DNA of 62,223 nt, filler included, from 5 parts of 5 records of this genome joined end to end with filler, not necessarily neighbours in it; one strand, 5' to 3'. Shown: positions 9,836 through 19,721, numbered from the whole stretch's first letter. Numbers and translations are program-made. Notes: generated by a model from the sequence alone, not told the origin.

Positions 9836-10342
9836 ATGCCCTTTCAGGATATTGTCTTTCTCACCGAAGACGCGTCTCACGACGCGGCTATTGAACTTAT
9901 CAACGAAGAAGCCTTTGGCCCCGGCCGGTTTGTGCGTTCCTCCGAAAGGGTGCGGGAACAAGGGCCGCATGACCTGCATTTGTCGTTTGTCGCAAGCGAT
10001 GGGGGCGAGATCATCGCGTCGGTGCGGATGACGCCGATCTGCGCGGGAATGGTTGATGGGCACCTGCTTGGACCTCTGGCGGTGCGGCCGTCGCACAAGA
10101 ACCTCGGCATCGGCCGTGAACTGGTGCGCATTGTGCTGGCAGCTGCGGAAAGAAACGGCAGTTCTGCCGTCCTGCTGGTGGGGGATCCGCCCTACTATGC
10201 ACCGCTTGGATTCAAGCCGACACGACCCGGTGCGCTGAGCATGCCCGGACCGTTTGATACGCGCCGGCTTTTGGCTGCCTGTTACGGCGAAACCGACTCA
10301 ATGGCGCTTGAAGGCGAGATTCGGCACCGCGACCGAAAATAG
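9836..10342 (+). CDS. GNAT family N-acetyltransferase (YhbS-like)
   Basis: Motifs AFGPGRF, LLGPLAVRP, NLGIGRELV and LVGDPPYYAPLGF. Start uncertain. Confidence 0.88.
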   Translation: MPFQDIVFLTEDASHDAAIELINEEAFGPGRFVRSSERVREQGPHDLHLSFVASDGGEIIASVRMTPICAGMVDGHLLGPLAVRPSHKNLGIGRELVRIVLAAAERNGSSAVLLVGDPPYYAPLGFKPTRPGALSMPGPFDTRRLLAACYGETDSMALEGEIRHRDRK

Positions 10343-10414
10343 GTTTTGGCTGCGTTTTGCCTGCATATTCAGTGGGTTTGACCCGGTTTTGGGTGCGCTG
10401 CGGTAGTCTGAAGG

Positions 10415-10443
10415 TTGCGCTGCAGCACGATGCGCCCTAAATA
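10415..10443 (+). promoter_or_regulatory. Candidate sigma70 promoter with overlapping PhaR-like box
   Basis: TTGCGC-N17-TAAATA ends 7 nt before the gpsA ATG. TGCGCTGCAGCA (10416-10427) overlaps the -35, and a degenerate copy lies at 10394-10405. Confidence 0.5.
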
Positions 10444-10450
10444 GAGCCAT

Positions 10451-11578
10451 ATGATTTATTCAGGCGAACAAGCCGACACCTATTCTTCCCCCGCACAAGC
10501 TTACGCGAAAATATGCGTTATCGGTGCCGGGGCCTGGGGGACCGCACTGGCCTCCGTGGCGCGCCGCGCCGGCCGCAAAACGGCGATCTGGGGAAGAGAT
10601 CAGGCGACAGTCGAGGCCATCAACAGCCGCAATGAAAATCCGCGATACCTTCCGGGTATCGGTTTGCCGGAGGGCATTGCTGCGACCACCGACATGGCGG
10701 AAGCGCTTGCAGGTGCGGAGGCTGTGCTGCTGGTCACACCGTCACGGACCCTGCGTGAGATCTGCACCCAGATGCGGCCTCATCTGGCCGACGGCGTGCC
10801 CATTGCGTTGTGCGCCAAGGGGATCGAGGCAGGCACCGGGTATCTGCTCAGTGAAGTTGCATCCGAAATGCTGCCCGGTCATCAGATCGGCGCGCTGTCC
10901 GGACCGACCTTTGCAACAGAGACCGCGCTCGGGCATCTGACCGCGGCGACGATTGCTTTCCAGTTTTCCTATGCCGACAGGCTCGACACGGGGGCCAGTC
11001 CTGCGGCGCGGCTGGCGCTCTCGCTGGGGTCGGATTTCTTCCGACCTTATATATCCGATGATCTTGTTGGCGTTGAAGTCAGCGGTGCTGTGAAGAACGT
11101 GATTGCGATCGCCTGCGGAATGATGACCGGCGCCGGTTATGCCGAAAATACCCGCGCGGCACTGATTGTGCGTGGTATGGATGAAATGAAAACGCTGGCC
11201 GATGTGTTTGGCGGACGCCGCGAAACGGTAACCGGCCTTGCAGGCGCTGGCGATCTGACCCTGACCTGTTCGTCGCAGACATCGCGCAACATGTCGCTGG
11301 GTGTTCAGCTCGGCAAGGGCATTGCGCGGGAGCAGTGCTTTGACGGCAAGGAAGTTGTGGTGGAGGGCGAGGTGAATTCGGTCTCGGTCATGGACCTTGC
11401 ACGGCGGATGAAGATCCGCATGCCGATTTGTGAAAGCGTCTACCGGATCCTGCACCGGGGTGCTGACGTTCGGGAGACATTCGCGGAGCTCTGGTCACGC
11501 CCGATCGAGGGCGAACGCCGGGGGCTTTCGATAAGTATTGACCATCCTATTGCCGTTGCAGCGGAGGCAGCCGAATGA
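10451..11578 (+). CDS. gpsA: NAD(P)H-dependent glycerol-3-phosphate dehydrogenase
   Basis: Motifs GAGAWGTALA, NPRYLPG, CAKGIE, LSGPTFA, GAVKNVIAIACG, GLAGAGDLTLTC and SRN. Confidence 0.93.
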   Translation: MIYSGEQADTYSSPAQAYAKICVIGAGAWGTALASVARRAGRKTAIWGRDQATVEAINSRNENPRYLPGIGLPEGIAATTDMAEALAGAEAVLLVTPSRTLREICTQMRPHLADGVPIALCAKGIEAGTGYLLSEVASEMLPGHQIGALSGPTFATETALGHLTAATIAFQFSYADRLDTGASPAARLALSLGSDFFRPYISDDLVGVEVSGAVKNVIAIACGMMTGAGYAENTRAALIVRGMDEMKTLADVFGGRRETVTGLAGAGDLTLTCSSQTSRNMSLGVQLGKGIAREQCFDGKEVVVEGEVNSVSVMDLARRMKIRMPICESVYRILHRGADVRETFAELWSRPIEGERRGLSISIDHPIAVAAEAAE

Positions 11579-12357
11579 ACTCGACACGCACCACAGACAA
11601 CCCACTCAACACAAGGAAGTTCGTGCTGGCCACGGATCTCGATGGCACCTTTCTGGGTGGCAGTGAAGAAGACCGCCAGCGCCTTTATGGATGGATCGAA
11701 GCCAATCGCGACACCGTGGGCCTGATCTTCGTGACCGGACGCGACCCGGAGTTCATCGGCGAGTTATGCCGCGAGCGCGGTGTGCCGTGGCCGGATTATG
11801 CGGTTGGCGATGTCGGCACCACCATTGCCACGGTTTCGTCAGAGACCGGTGTGTCGCCGATCGTGCATCTCGAAGAAGAGATTGCCGCACGGTGGGGCAG
11901 TGCGGGCGACAAGGTTAAGGCGCGGCTTGAAGGCCATCCGGGCCTCACGCTGCAGCCGACCGATTTTCGTTACCGGGTGAGCTATGATCTGGATTCATCG
12001 GCTTTCGATGCGTCGGCCTGCACCATGATCGAGGAGATGGGTCACCAGTGGCTGATCTCCGACAACCGGTTCTTTGATGTGCTGCCGGATGGTGTGAGCA
12101 AGGGCCCGTCGCTGCGCCGGCTGGTGGAATATCTGTCAATCGAGCCGGGTCGCGTTCTGTGCGCCGGTGATACGCTGAACGATCTTTCCATGCTCGAATG
12201 CGGTCTGCCCGCAGTGGCGGTGGGAAATTCGGAACCTTCTCTGGTTGAGCGCGTTGCTCATCTTGAGCACCTTCATATGGCGCAAGCGCACGGCGCTGCG
12301 GGCATATTGGAGGCTATTCGTGCTTTCGAGATGCACGAACTACCAAAAGGATATTGA
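11575..12357 (+). CDS. HAD-IIB (sucrose-phosphatase-like) phosphatase, probable glucosylglycerol-phosphate phosphatase
   Basis: HAD motifs ATDLDGT, VTGR, SKG and AGDTLND. ATGA overlap with gpsA; ends 4 nt before ggpS. The substrate is inferred from context. Confidence 0.8.
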   Translation: MNSTRTTDNPLNTRKFVLATDLDGTFLGGSEEDRQRLYGWIEANRDTVGLIFVTGRDPEFIGELCRERGVPWPDYAVGDVGTTIATVSSETGVSPIVHLEEEIAARWGSAGDKVKARLEGHPGLTLQPTDFRYRVSYDLDSSAFDASACTMIEEMGHQWLISDNRFFDVLPDGVSKGPSLRRLVEYLSIEPGRVLCAGDTLNDLSMLECGLPAVAVGNSEPSLVERVAHLEHLHMAQAHGAAGILEAIRAFEMHELPKGY

Positions 12358-12361
12358 TTAC

Positions 12362-13855
12362 ATGGCCAGCGATCTTGTCATCGTTTATCACCGTCAACCC
12401 TACGAGGAAGTCGAGGAAGACGGGAAGATCGTTTTCAAGGAAAACAAGAGCCCGAACGGAATCGTGCCGACGCTGAAAGGCTTCTTCGGCCGGGTCGACA
12501 AGGGCGCCTGGATTGCCTGGAAACTGGCCGATGACGCCGCCAATCCGGATTTCGAGCGCGTCATCGAGATCGAGGACAGCTATGGCAAATACTCGGTCAC
12601 CCGGCTGCCGCTGACGCCTGATCAGGTCTCGAGCTTCTATCACATCACCTCGAAAGAGGCCTTCTGGCCGATCCTGCATTCGTTCAAGGAACGCTACAAT
12701 TATGACCCGGTCGATTGGCCGACATTCCGCGAAGTTAACTGGGCCTTTGCCGAAGCCGCCGCTGCAGAAGCAGCCCCCGGTGCCGTGGTCTGGGTTCATG
12801 ATTACAATCTCTGGCTGGTTCCGGGGTATTTGCGCAAGCTTCGGCCTGATGTGCGGATCTCGTTCTTCCATCACACGCCATTCCCGGCGGCAGACATGTT
12901 CAACGTGCTGCCCTGGCGGCGTGAGATCGTCGACAGCCTGCTTGCCTGCGATGTCGTCGGGTTCCACATTCCGCGCTACGCGGTGAACTTCGTTCACGTG
13001 GCGCAAAGTCTTCTGGAAGTCGGGTCGGTTGTCCGCAAGGACGTCAATCCGGACTTCATCTGGGAAGGCACCGCGTTGTCGGATCGCCGGGTGCCGGAAT
13101 CGGTTCAGTATCAGGGCCGCACAATCCGCATTTCCAGCGCGCCGGTGGGCATTGACTGGGATTATATCCAGGAACGCGCCGTCTGCGAGGAAACCCGCGA
13201 GGCGGCGGTCGCCATTCGCTCGGAGCTGGGCGATTGCAAACTGATCCTCTCGGTCGGACGCACCGATTACACCAAGGGCGGCGTGCAACAGCTCGAAAGC
13301 TACGAACGGCTGCTGCAGGCGCATCCCGAGCTGCACGGCAATGTGCGGCTCATGCATGTGTCGGTCGGCGCCAACCGCAGCATGGCGGCGTATGAGGAAA
13401 TCCAGGGCGAGATCGAACAGGTGGCTGGCCGGATCAACGGCACCTTCGGCTCGTTCGAATGGCAGCCGGTGGCGCTGATTTCCACCGCCGTGCCGTTCAA
13501 GGACCTGATTGCCTATTACCAATTGGCTGATGTGTGCTGGATCACGCCGCTGGCCGACGGCATGAACCTGGTCTGCAAGGAATATGCGGCAGCCCGCGTT
13601 GACGGCGACGGCGTGCTGGTGCTGTCGGAATTTGCCGGTGCTTCGGTTGAACTGTCTTCTGCGGTCATCACCAATCCGTTTTCGCACCGGTCCATGGACA
13701 CGGCGATCGAACAGGCGCTGGCGATGCCCGAGGAAGAGCGGCGGCAGCGGATGAAGATGTTGCGCAACACCGTGAAAACCTATGGCATCAAGGCCTGGGC
13801 CGAAGACCAGATGAGCTTTTTCAGCGACGTAGAGGCGCTGTCCAAGGCCAGCTGA
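12362..13855 (+). CDS. ggpS: Glucosylglycerol-phosphate synthase (GT20)
   Basis: The N-terminus LVIVYHRQPYEE...KSPNGIVPTL is GgpS-like. GT20 motifs FWPILH, WVHDYNLW, FFHHTPFP, RTDYTKG, DGMNLVCKEY and LSEFAG. Confidence 0.88.
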   Translation: MASDLVIVYHRQPYEEVEEDGKIVFKENKSPNGIVPTLKGFFGRVDKGAWIAWKLADDAANPDFERVIEIEDSYGKYSVTRLPLTPDQVSSFYHITSKEAFWPILHSFKERYNYDPVDWPTFREVNWAFAEAAAAEAAPGAVVWVHDYNLWLVPGYLRKLRPDVRISFFHHTPFPAADMFNVLPWRREIVDSLLACDVVGFHIPRYAVNFVHVAQSLLEVGSVVRKDVNPDFIWEGTALSDRRVPESVQYQGRTIRISSAPVGIDWDYIQERAVCEETREAAVAIRSELGDCKLILSVGRTDYTKGGVQQLESYERLLQAHPELHGNVRLMHVSVGANRSMAAYEEIQGEIEQVAGRINGTFGSFEWQPVALISTAVPFKDLIAYYQLADVCWITPLADGMNLVCKEYAAARVDGDGVLVLSEFAGASVELSSAVITNPFSHRSMDTAIEQALAMPEEERRQRMKMLRNTVKTYGIKAWAEDQMSFFSDVEALSKAS

Positions 13856-13927
13856 ACCTCACTTTCCGAACGGCATGATACATACGGCGGCTACAGCAAT
13901 GTGGCCGCCGTTTGCTTGTCACGAGCG

Positions 13928-15991
13928 TTAACGACCTTCGCGGAACCAGGTGGCGCCCAGCGCCAGGATCATCAGGGCAAGGCCGAGGAAACCGCCAAAC
14001 AGCGGGATCGATCGAACGCCCTTGAGCACGCTTTCATTGCTGGAGCGCAGACCCATGCGCTCGCCGGCATTGATGCGGGCGGAGCGGGTCGGCAAGATTT
14101 GCGGCAGGTTGCTGGCGTCGGCGTTGACGCGCGTGGTCAGGCCCCCGCTTTCGGTGGACAAAGGCGCCATCACGCTGGTGGTGGACACGGTGGCGCGAAA
14201 CTCGGGGGCGTCGACGGCGCCGACATGTGCGAGTGCGCGGAGGTCCCCGGATGTAACTTCGACGAGACCTGGCTGATCAAGCACCAGCTCGGAGCGAAAC
14301 AGGCCTTCTCCGGCGGGCGAAAGCGTGATTTCGCGGGTTTCGCCCGAGGGCAGCTTGACCATGGCAGGCTCTGTGGCGTCGCCCATGGTCTGACGCTCGA
14401 CCACAAGCGTTCTGCCGTTGGCGATTGCGCGGAGGGCTTCCTCTTCCAGGGACGGCTCCTTCATCAACCAGTGGGCAATGCGCCGGTAGAGCGCCACATG
14501 CGGTCCGCCGCCTTCAAAGCCACGCGCCCAGAGCCATCCGTGGTCGGACAAGAGCATCGCCACCCGGCCTTCACCATAGCGGTTGAGGACGAGAAGCGGC
14601 TCGTTGTCGGCACCACTCATGACGACATCACCGGTGGTGGCGCCGACGCCAACCGTGCGGAACCAGCGGCCCCATTCGGGCGGCTCACTAGAGCTGCCCG
14701 GCAGCGTCCGGGTGACCGGATGGCGTCTGCCATTGTCTGACAGCCGGGGATAATAGCCTGCATCGGTCACCTTGCCGGTGGGGGCTGCGGGGAGTGCGGG
14801 CGCCAGCGGTGTGTCGGCGATGGATTCAATGCCTGAAAACTCCGGGCCGGCGGCTACGAGCAAGGCACCGCCGTCTTCGACGTAGCGGGCGATGTAATCG
14901 TAGTAGAGCACCGGCAGCACGCCACGGTTCTGGTAGCGGTCGAAGATGATCAGGTCGAACTCGTCGACTTTCTCGACAAACAGTTCCCGCGTCGGAAACG
15001 CAATCAGCGAGAGCTCGGATATTGGCGTGCCGTCCTGTTTTTCCGGCGGCCGCAAAATGGTGAAATGCACCAGATCGACGGAGGCATCGGACTTGAGCAG
15101 ATTGCGCCAGGTGCGCTCGCCGGAATGGGGGGCGCCGGAGACCAGAAGCACCCGCAGATTTTCGCGAATGCCTTCAATCAACGTGACGGTGTGGTTGTTG
15201 ACGGTGGTGACTTCGCCATCCAGCTCATCGACCGAGAACTCAATGATGTTCTCGCCGCCGCGCGGCAGCTTGAGATAGAAAGAAACCTCTCCACCTGTCG
15301 GCGCTGTTTCGGTGGATATCTGTTCGCCATTTACCCGGACGGTTACATCGACCGGAGATCCGGCAGAGGCGCCTCCATCTTCACTGACCTGATACACGAT
15401 CTCCTGATCTTCGCCGACAATACCGAAACGGGGGCTGCGCACCACATCGACGCGGCGGTCGATCTCGTCCTCGTCGCCGACAATAAGCCCGTGGAGAGGC
15501 GCATCAAGACCAAGTGCCGAGAGCGAGCCCGGCACGTCATGGATCTGCCCGTCGGTGATCATCACAGCGCCTGCGAGCCGGGAGCTCGGGACATCGCGAA
15601 TGCCGGAGCCCAGCGCTTCGAACAATCTGGTGGAGGGGGACTGCGCATCGGGGTCGGTCACGGCTTCGATGATGCGGGTCTCAAACGCCGGATACCGGGC
15701 GATGCGTTCGGTCAGTGCTTTCAGGGCGGCATCGGTGCGGGCGGTGCGATCGGCACTCATCTGGCTGGGGCTGCGGTCGACAACGATGGCGACGACGCTG
15801 GTGACCGGCTCACGGTCTTCGAAATTGGCCACCGGGTTGGCCAACGCTAGAACGAGAGCTGCCAAAGCAAGGGCGCGAAGAGCAGCCCCGCGCATGCGTT
15901 TGGCAATGGCCCAGCCAACGAGCAGCAGGGCTACAAGCGCAATCGCAAGGATCACCGGCAGCGGCAGGAACGGATCAAAAACCAGGCTCAT
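13928..15991 (-). CDS. Conserved membrane protein with vWA-like and GATase-like domains (MoxR operon)
   Basis: N- and C-terminal TM segments, DRSPS MIDAS-like motif, ITDGQIHD and VDLVHFTILRPPEKQD. Last gene of the MoxR-DUF58-DUF4159 operon. Confidence 0.75.
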   Translation of the reverse strand: MSLVFDPFLPLPVILAIALVALLLVGWAIAKRMRGAALRALALAALVLALANPVANFEDREPVTSVVAIVVDRSPSQMSADRTARTDAALKALTERIARYPAFETRIIEAVTDPDAQSPSTRLFEALGSGIRDVPSSRLAGAVMITDGQIHDVPGSLSALGLDAPLHGLIVGDEDEIDRRVDVVRSPRFGIVGEDQEIVYQVSEDGGASAGSPVDVTVRVNGEQISTETAPTGGEVSFYLKLPRGGENIIEFSVDELDGEVTTVNNHTVTLIEGIRENLRVLLVSGAPHSGERTWRNLLKSDASVDLVHFTILRPPEKQDGTPISELSLIAFPTRELFVEKVDEFDLIIFDRYQNRGVLPVLYYDYIARYVEDGGALLVAAGPEFSGIESIADTPLAPALPAAPTGKVTDAGYYPRLSDNGRRHPVTRTLPGSSSEPPEWGRWFRTVGVGATTGDVVMSGADNEPLLVLNRYGEGRVAMLLSDHGWLWARGFEGGGPHVALYRRIAHWLMKEPSLEEEALRAIANGRTLVVERQTMGDATEPAMVKLPSGETREITLSPAGEGLFRSELVLDQPGLVEVTSGDLRALAHVGAVDAPEFRATVSTTSVMAPLSTESGGLTTRVNADASNLPQILPTRSARINAGERMGLRSSNESVLKGVRSIPLFGGFLGLALMILALGATWFREGR

Positions 15992-15992
15992 G

Positions 15993-18803
15993 TCATTGTC
16001 CCAACCGTTCTAGGAGTGCGGGAATGTGGACCTGGTCCGCCTTGTAGTTGCCGGTCAGCATGTACATGACGATGTTGACGCCGGCGCGGAACGCATATTC
16101 ACGCTGCCAGGGGTCGGCAGGGACCGTGGAAAACATCGGAAAGCCCTGATCGTCGATCGCCCAGGCGGCCGCCATGTCGTTTCCGGTGATGAGTATCGAG
16201 GAGACCCCGTCGCCGGAGCGGGCCGGGCGTTCTGCCGGGTTGTCGGACTGAGGTGTTGCCTCGACCCAGAGCGGGCCATCGGAATAGCGGCCCGGGAAGC
16301 TGTCGAGCAGGAAGAATGATTTGGTCAGCACATGATCGGCGGGAACCGGCTCAAGCGGCGGAATGTCGAGACTGGCGAGGATCTGCTGCAATCTCACGGT
16401 CAGGGCGCTGGAGCCGCCGCCGAGATCGACAATCCGGTCTCTGGTGTCAAACAGCACGGTGCCGCCGCTCTTCATATATGCGTCAATCCGGCTGATGGCT
16501 TCGGGTGAGGGGGTGTCTGCGTCCTCGCTCATCGGCCAGTAGATCAGCGGATAGAGCGACAAGGGCGCGGTCTCGATGTCGAGCCCGATGGCTGTGCCTG
16601 GCTCGAGAGCGGTTCGGCTGAAGAGATAACGTGACAGGCTGTCGAGCCCGAGCTTGGAGATATTGTCGGCGTCATTATCCCCGGTGATCACATAGGCCAG
16701 ACGTGTGCGGTCAAGGCTTTCGAGCAGGTCGGCATCGCCGGGCTGGGCATCCTGGGCTTTGGAAATGCCCGGCGCAGCGAATATCGACAATGACAGGCCC
16801 GCAGCAAAGACAATCGCACTGGCTGCAGACAAAGGCTTGAGGCTTCGGCGGCGAAAGGCACCGTTGAGAAGCAGCACGATCAGCGTGTCGGCCAGCAGGG
16901 CAATCAAGGCCGCAGCGAACAGCCAGGGCCTGAAATCGACAGCGCTGTCGCCGGTGATCGTCGCGCGGGTGACCGGCGCCTCAAATTCCGGGATATTGAT
17001 CGGGGTCAGTTCATCGCCTGGACCGAAGAGGTTGAGCGCGACATAACCGTCTTCTCCGCCATAGAGTCCCGGAGGGTTGTCGGGGCCTGCCTGTGCCACT
17101 TTATTGCCGGTCAGATCAAGCGGCTTGGCGTCTCCGCTGGCCGGCAGCAATGCTGCGTTGGCATCGAGCAGGCGCCAGGGCGGCAGGATGCCCGACCCGG
17201 CCTCGCTGCCGCCCGCGACCGCGCGCGACAATTGCACCACGCGGCGCAGCATGTCGACGAAGTGGCCGGAGATGGGAAGATTCGACCAGCTTGCCTCGGC
17301 GGTGACGTGAAAGAGCACGATCCGGCCCGCGCCGCGGTTGGCGGCGGTGACAAGCGGGGTGCCATCGGCAAGGCTGGCCCAGGTGCGCGCCGCCAGATCC
17401 GCCGAGGGTTCGGCCAGAACCTGACGTCGCACCGTGATATCACGCGGTGTCGGTAGACCGGCAAACGGCCCGGTGGCCGGATAGTCCGCCAGCGGTTGCG
17501 GTTCGATCCAGGACAGCGCGCCGCCGAGTTCGCGTTCGCCCTTGCGCAGCAGCACCGGCAACAGCCGGTCATCGGCAGGAGCTGCGGCCAGCCGTGGTCC
17601 TGCAAAGCGGATCAGGGTACCGCCGCGCTCGACCCATTGTTCAAGGCTTTTGCTGACGTCGTCGGGCAGGGTTCCGATATCCGACAACACGACGACGGCG
17701 GGCGATTGTTCAAGCAGTCTCGGGACAGAGGCCGACAGCTGGTCACTCCCGGCTTCAATCAGGTCTGCAAAAGGCGAGAGCGCGCGGTTGATGTAGTAGA
17801 GCGGCGAGAGCAGCGGCTGGGCGATGTCTGCTGCCTCTCCCGAGATCAGCGCCACCCGGCGGCGGCGAAAGCTGTCGTCGAGCAGGCGGGCCGAGGCGGC
17901 GGTGTCGATCCCGGTCACATCAAGCCGGGCGATGTCGTTGCGGATTTCAAAGGGAGCCGAGATGGTGCCGGTGGCTTCTGCCGCACCCGCGTCAAAAAGG
18001 ACCTCGCCGCTTGCGATATTGCGGCCCTTGCTGTCGCTTGCGATCAGGTCGTAACGTCCTGCTTCCGCCGTGGCGAGCCGGCTGACGGTGACGCTCAGGG
18101 TATCAGTGCCGTTGTCCGCCTCTGTCAGGGCAAGAGCCGTTGCATCGTCTGCGCCGATGATGCGAATGGCGGCGGGGTCGAGCTCGGAGAGGCGGCCAAG
18201 AGCGGCATCGGCATCTGTAGTGGCAACGCCATCGGAGACAAAAGCGATGGTGCCGGGTCGGGTCTGGCCAAGGGCTGCGATCAGGGCGGTGACCGAGGCG
18301 TTCCGGTCGGGGCGCAACGGTTGTGGCTTGGCGGCGTTCAACTGGTCACGGGCGCGCTCGACGCTTGTTGGCGTGGCGTCATGGCGGCGGTTTGCGGTTA
18401 ACACGATTGACACCGGGATATCGAGATCTGCGGCTTCATCTATCAGGGTTTCAGCGGCTTCGGTGCGGGCTTGCCAGTCGGGAGCGCTGGCCCATCCATT
18501 GTCGATGATCAGCGCCAGAGGGCCGTTTGACGACATGGCCCGGTCACGCGGATTGAGTACCGGTTCGGCAAGGGCGAGGATCACAAGGGCAGCGATCAAC
18601 AGGCGCAGGGCGGTCAGCCACCAGGGACTGCGGGACGGGGTTTCCTCGGCTTTGAGGACACGGGCGAGAATGGCCAGTGGTGCGAAAGGTTCAGCCTGCG
18701 GGCGCGGCGGGGTGAGCCGTAACAGCCACCAAATGACCGGCAGGGCGAGGAGGCCGAACAGGATGGCCGGTGCGCCGAAGGCCAGGGGGAAGCCAGCGAT
18801 CAT
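15993..18803 (-). CDS. BatA-N / DUF4159 domain membrane protein
   Basis: N-terminal double TM (LPVIWWLLRLTPP...PWWLTALRLL), IDNGWAS, and a C-terminal DUF4159-like region (PLIYWP, GGTVLFDTRD, GVNIVMYMLTGNYKADQVH). Confidence 0.82.
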   Translation of the reverse strand: MIAGFPLAFGAPAILFGLLALPVIWWLLRLTPPRPQAEPFAPLAILARVLKAEETPSRSPWWLTALRLLIAALVILALAEPVLNPRDRAMSSNGPLALIIDNGWASAPDWQARTEAAETLIDEAADLDIPVSIVLTANRRHDATPTSVERARDQLNAAKPQPLRPDRNASVTALIAALGQTRPGTIAFVSDGVATTDADAALGRLSELDPAAIRIIGADDATALALTEADNGTDTLSVTVSRLATAEAGRYDLIASDSKGRNIASGEVLFDAGAAEATGTISAPFEIRNDIARLDVTGIDTAASARLLDDSFRRRRVALISGEAADIAQPLLSPLYYINRALSPFADLIEAGSDQLSASVPRLLEQSPAVVVLSDIGTLPDDVSKSLEQWVERGGTLIRFAGPRLAAAPADDRLLPVLLRKGERELGGALSWIEPQPLADYPATGPFAGLPTPRDITVRRQVLAEPSADLAARTWASLADGTPLVTAANRGAGRIVLFHVTAEASWSNLPISGHFVDMLRRVVQLSRAVAGGSEAGSGILPPWRLLDANAALLPASGDAKPLDLTGNKVAQAGPDNPPGLYGGEDGYVALNLFGPGDELTPINIPEFEAPVTRATITGDSAVDFRPWLFAAALIALLADTLIVLLLNGAFRRRSLKPLSAASAIVFAAGLSLSIFAAPGISKAQDAQPGDADLLESLDRTRLAYVITGDNDADNISKLGLDSLSRYLFSRTALEPGTAIGLDIETAPLSLYPLIYWPMSEDADTPSPEAISRIDAYMKSGGTVLFDTRDRIVDLGGGSSALTVRLQQILASLDIPPLEPVPADHVLTKSFFLLDSFPGRYSDGPLWVEATPQSDNPAERPARSGDGVSSILITGNDMAAAWAIDDQGFPMFSTVPADPWQREYAFRAGVNIVMYMLTGNYKADQVHIPALLERLGQ

Positions 18804-19717
18804 GCCATTGCCGCCTTTCTGGCCGCGGGAATGCCGGACAGGTGCCCGTGTGTTGCGGCAAGTGCTTCCGACGCCAGCCTGTCGGTGCGGTGGGAGAGGA
18901 AGCTCCAGCCCATGCGCCGCACGCCTTGCGCCAGCGCCTCGCGACGGGCAAGCCAGGCCTGACGGTAATCGGCGGCCACGGTTTCAGCGCGTCCTGCAAC
19001 GAGTTTCTGGCCGGTCTCCGGATCACGAAATTCGGTGCGTCCCGAATATGGGAAATTTTCCTCCGCAGGATCGGACACTTCGATGATGTGGCCGTGGATG
19101 CCACGGCGGGCGGCAGGGCCGATGCACTTGTCGAGGGTTTCGTCGGCGTCGAGAAAATCGCCGATCAGCACGACATCGCTCATTCGCCCGATCCGTCCGA
19201 GATCGGGCAAAGTAGCTTGCACCGGCGCGTGGGCCAGGGCCAACGCCAGCCGCTCGGCGGCGTTTCTTGATGACACCGGTTCCATGACGCCGGGACAGCC
19301 GACGCGTTCGCCGGAGCGCGAGAGGATCTCGGCCAGCGCAAGCATCAGCACCAAGGCGCGGCTTTCCTTGCTGACAAGCGCAACATCGGATTTGTAGAGC
19401 ATGGATGGCGACTGATCGGCCCAGAGCCAGATCGTGTGGGCTGCTTCCCATTCGCGATCGCGCACGTAGAGTTGGTCGTCGCGGGCCGAGCGGCGCCAGT
19501 CGATGCGCGACAGCGATTCACCGTCAACATAGGGCCGGAACTGCCAGAAGGTTTCGCCGATGCCACGCTTGCGGCGGCCGTGCCAGCCGGCAATCACGGT
19601 GTTGGCAACGCGCCGGGCTTCGGCCAGGCAATCGGGCAGCAGGGCCGCGCGCTGGCGGGCACGGGCCAGCGCATCAAGACGCGCCGTGGGCTGGGTCAGA
19701 TGGCCGATCGGAGCCAT
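18800..19717 (-). CDS. DUF58 domain protein
   Basis: Motifs GWHGRRKRGIGETFWQFRPY, RIDWRRSAR, DQSPSM and IGDF. Directly downstream of MoxR. Confidence 0.9.
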   Translation of the reverse strand: MAPIGHLTQPTARLDALARARQRAALLPDCLAEARRVANTVIAGWHGRRKRGIGETFWQFRPYVDGESLSRIDWRRSARDDQLYVRDREWEAAHTIWLWADQSPSMLYKSDVALVSKESRALVLMLALAEILSRSGERVGCPGVMEPVSSRNAAERLALALAHAPVQATLPDLGRIGRMSDVVLIGDFLDADETLDKCIGPAARRGIHGHIIEVSDPAEENFPYSGRTEFRDPETGQKLVAGRAETVAADYRQAWLARREALAQGVRRMGWSFLSHRTDRLASEALAATHGHLSGIPAARKAAMA

Positions 19718-19721
19718 CGGC

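Noticed and set aside
12314..13687. Long antisense ORFs (457 aa opposite ggpS; also 34912-36231, 50583-51986, 52477-53403 and others)
   Set aside because: These are shadow ORFs opposite well-supported genes in high-GC DNA and have no recognisable motifs.
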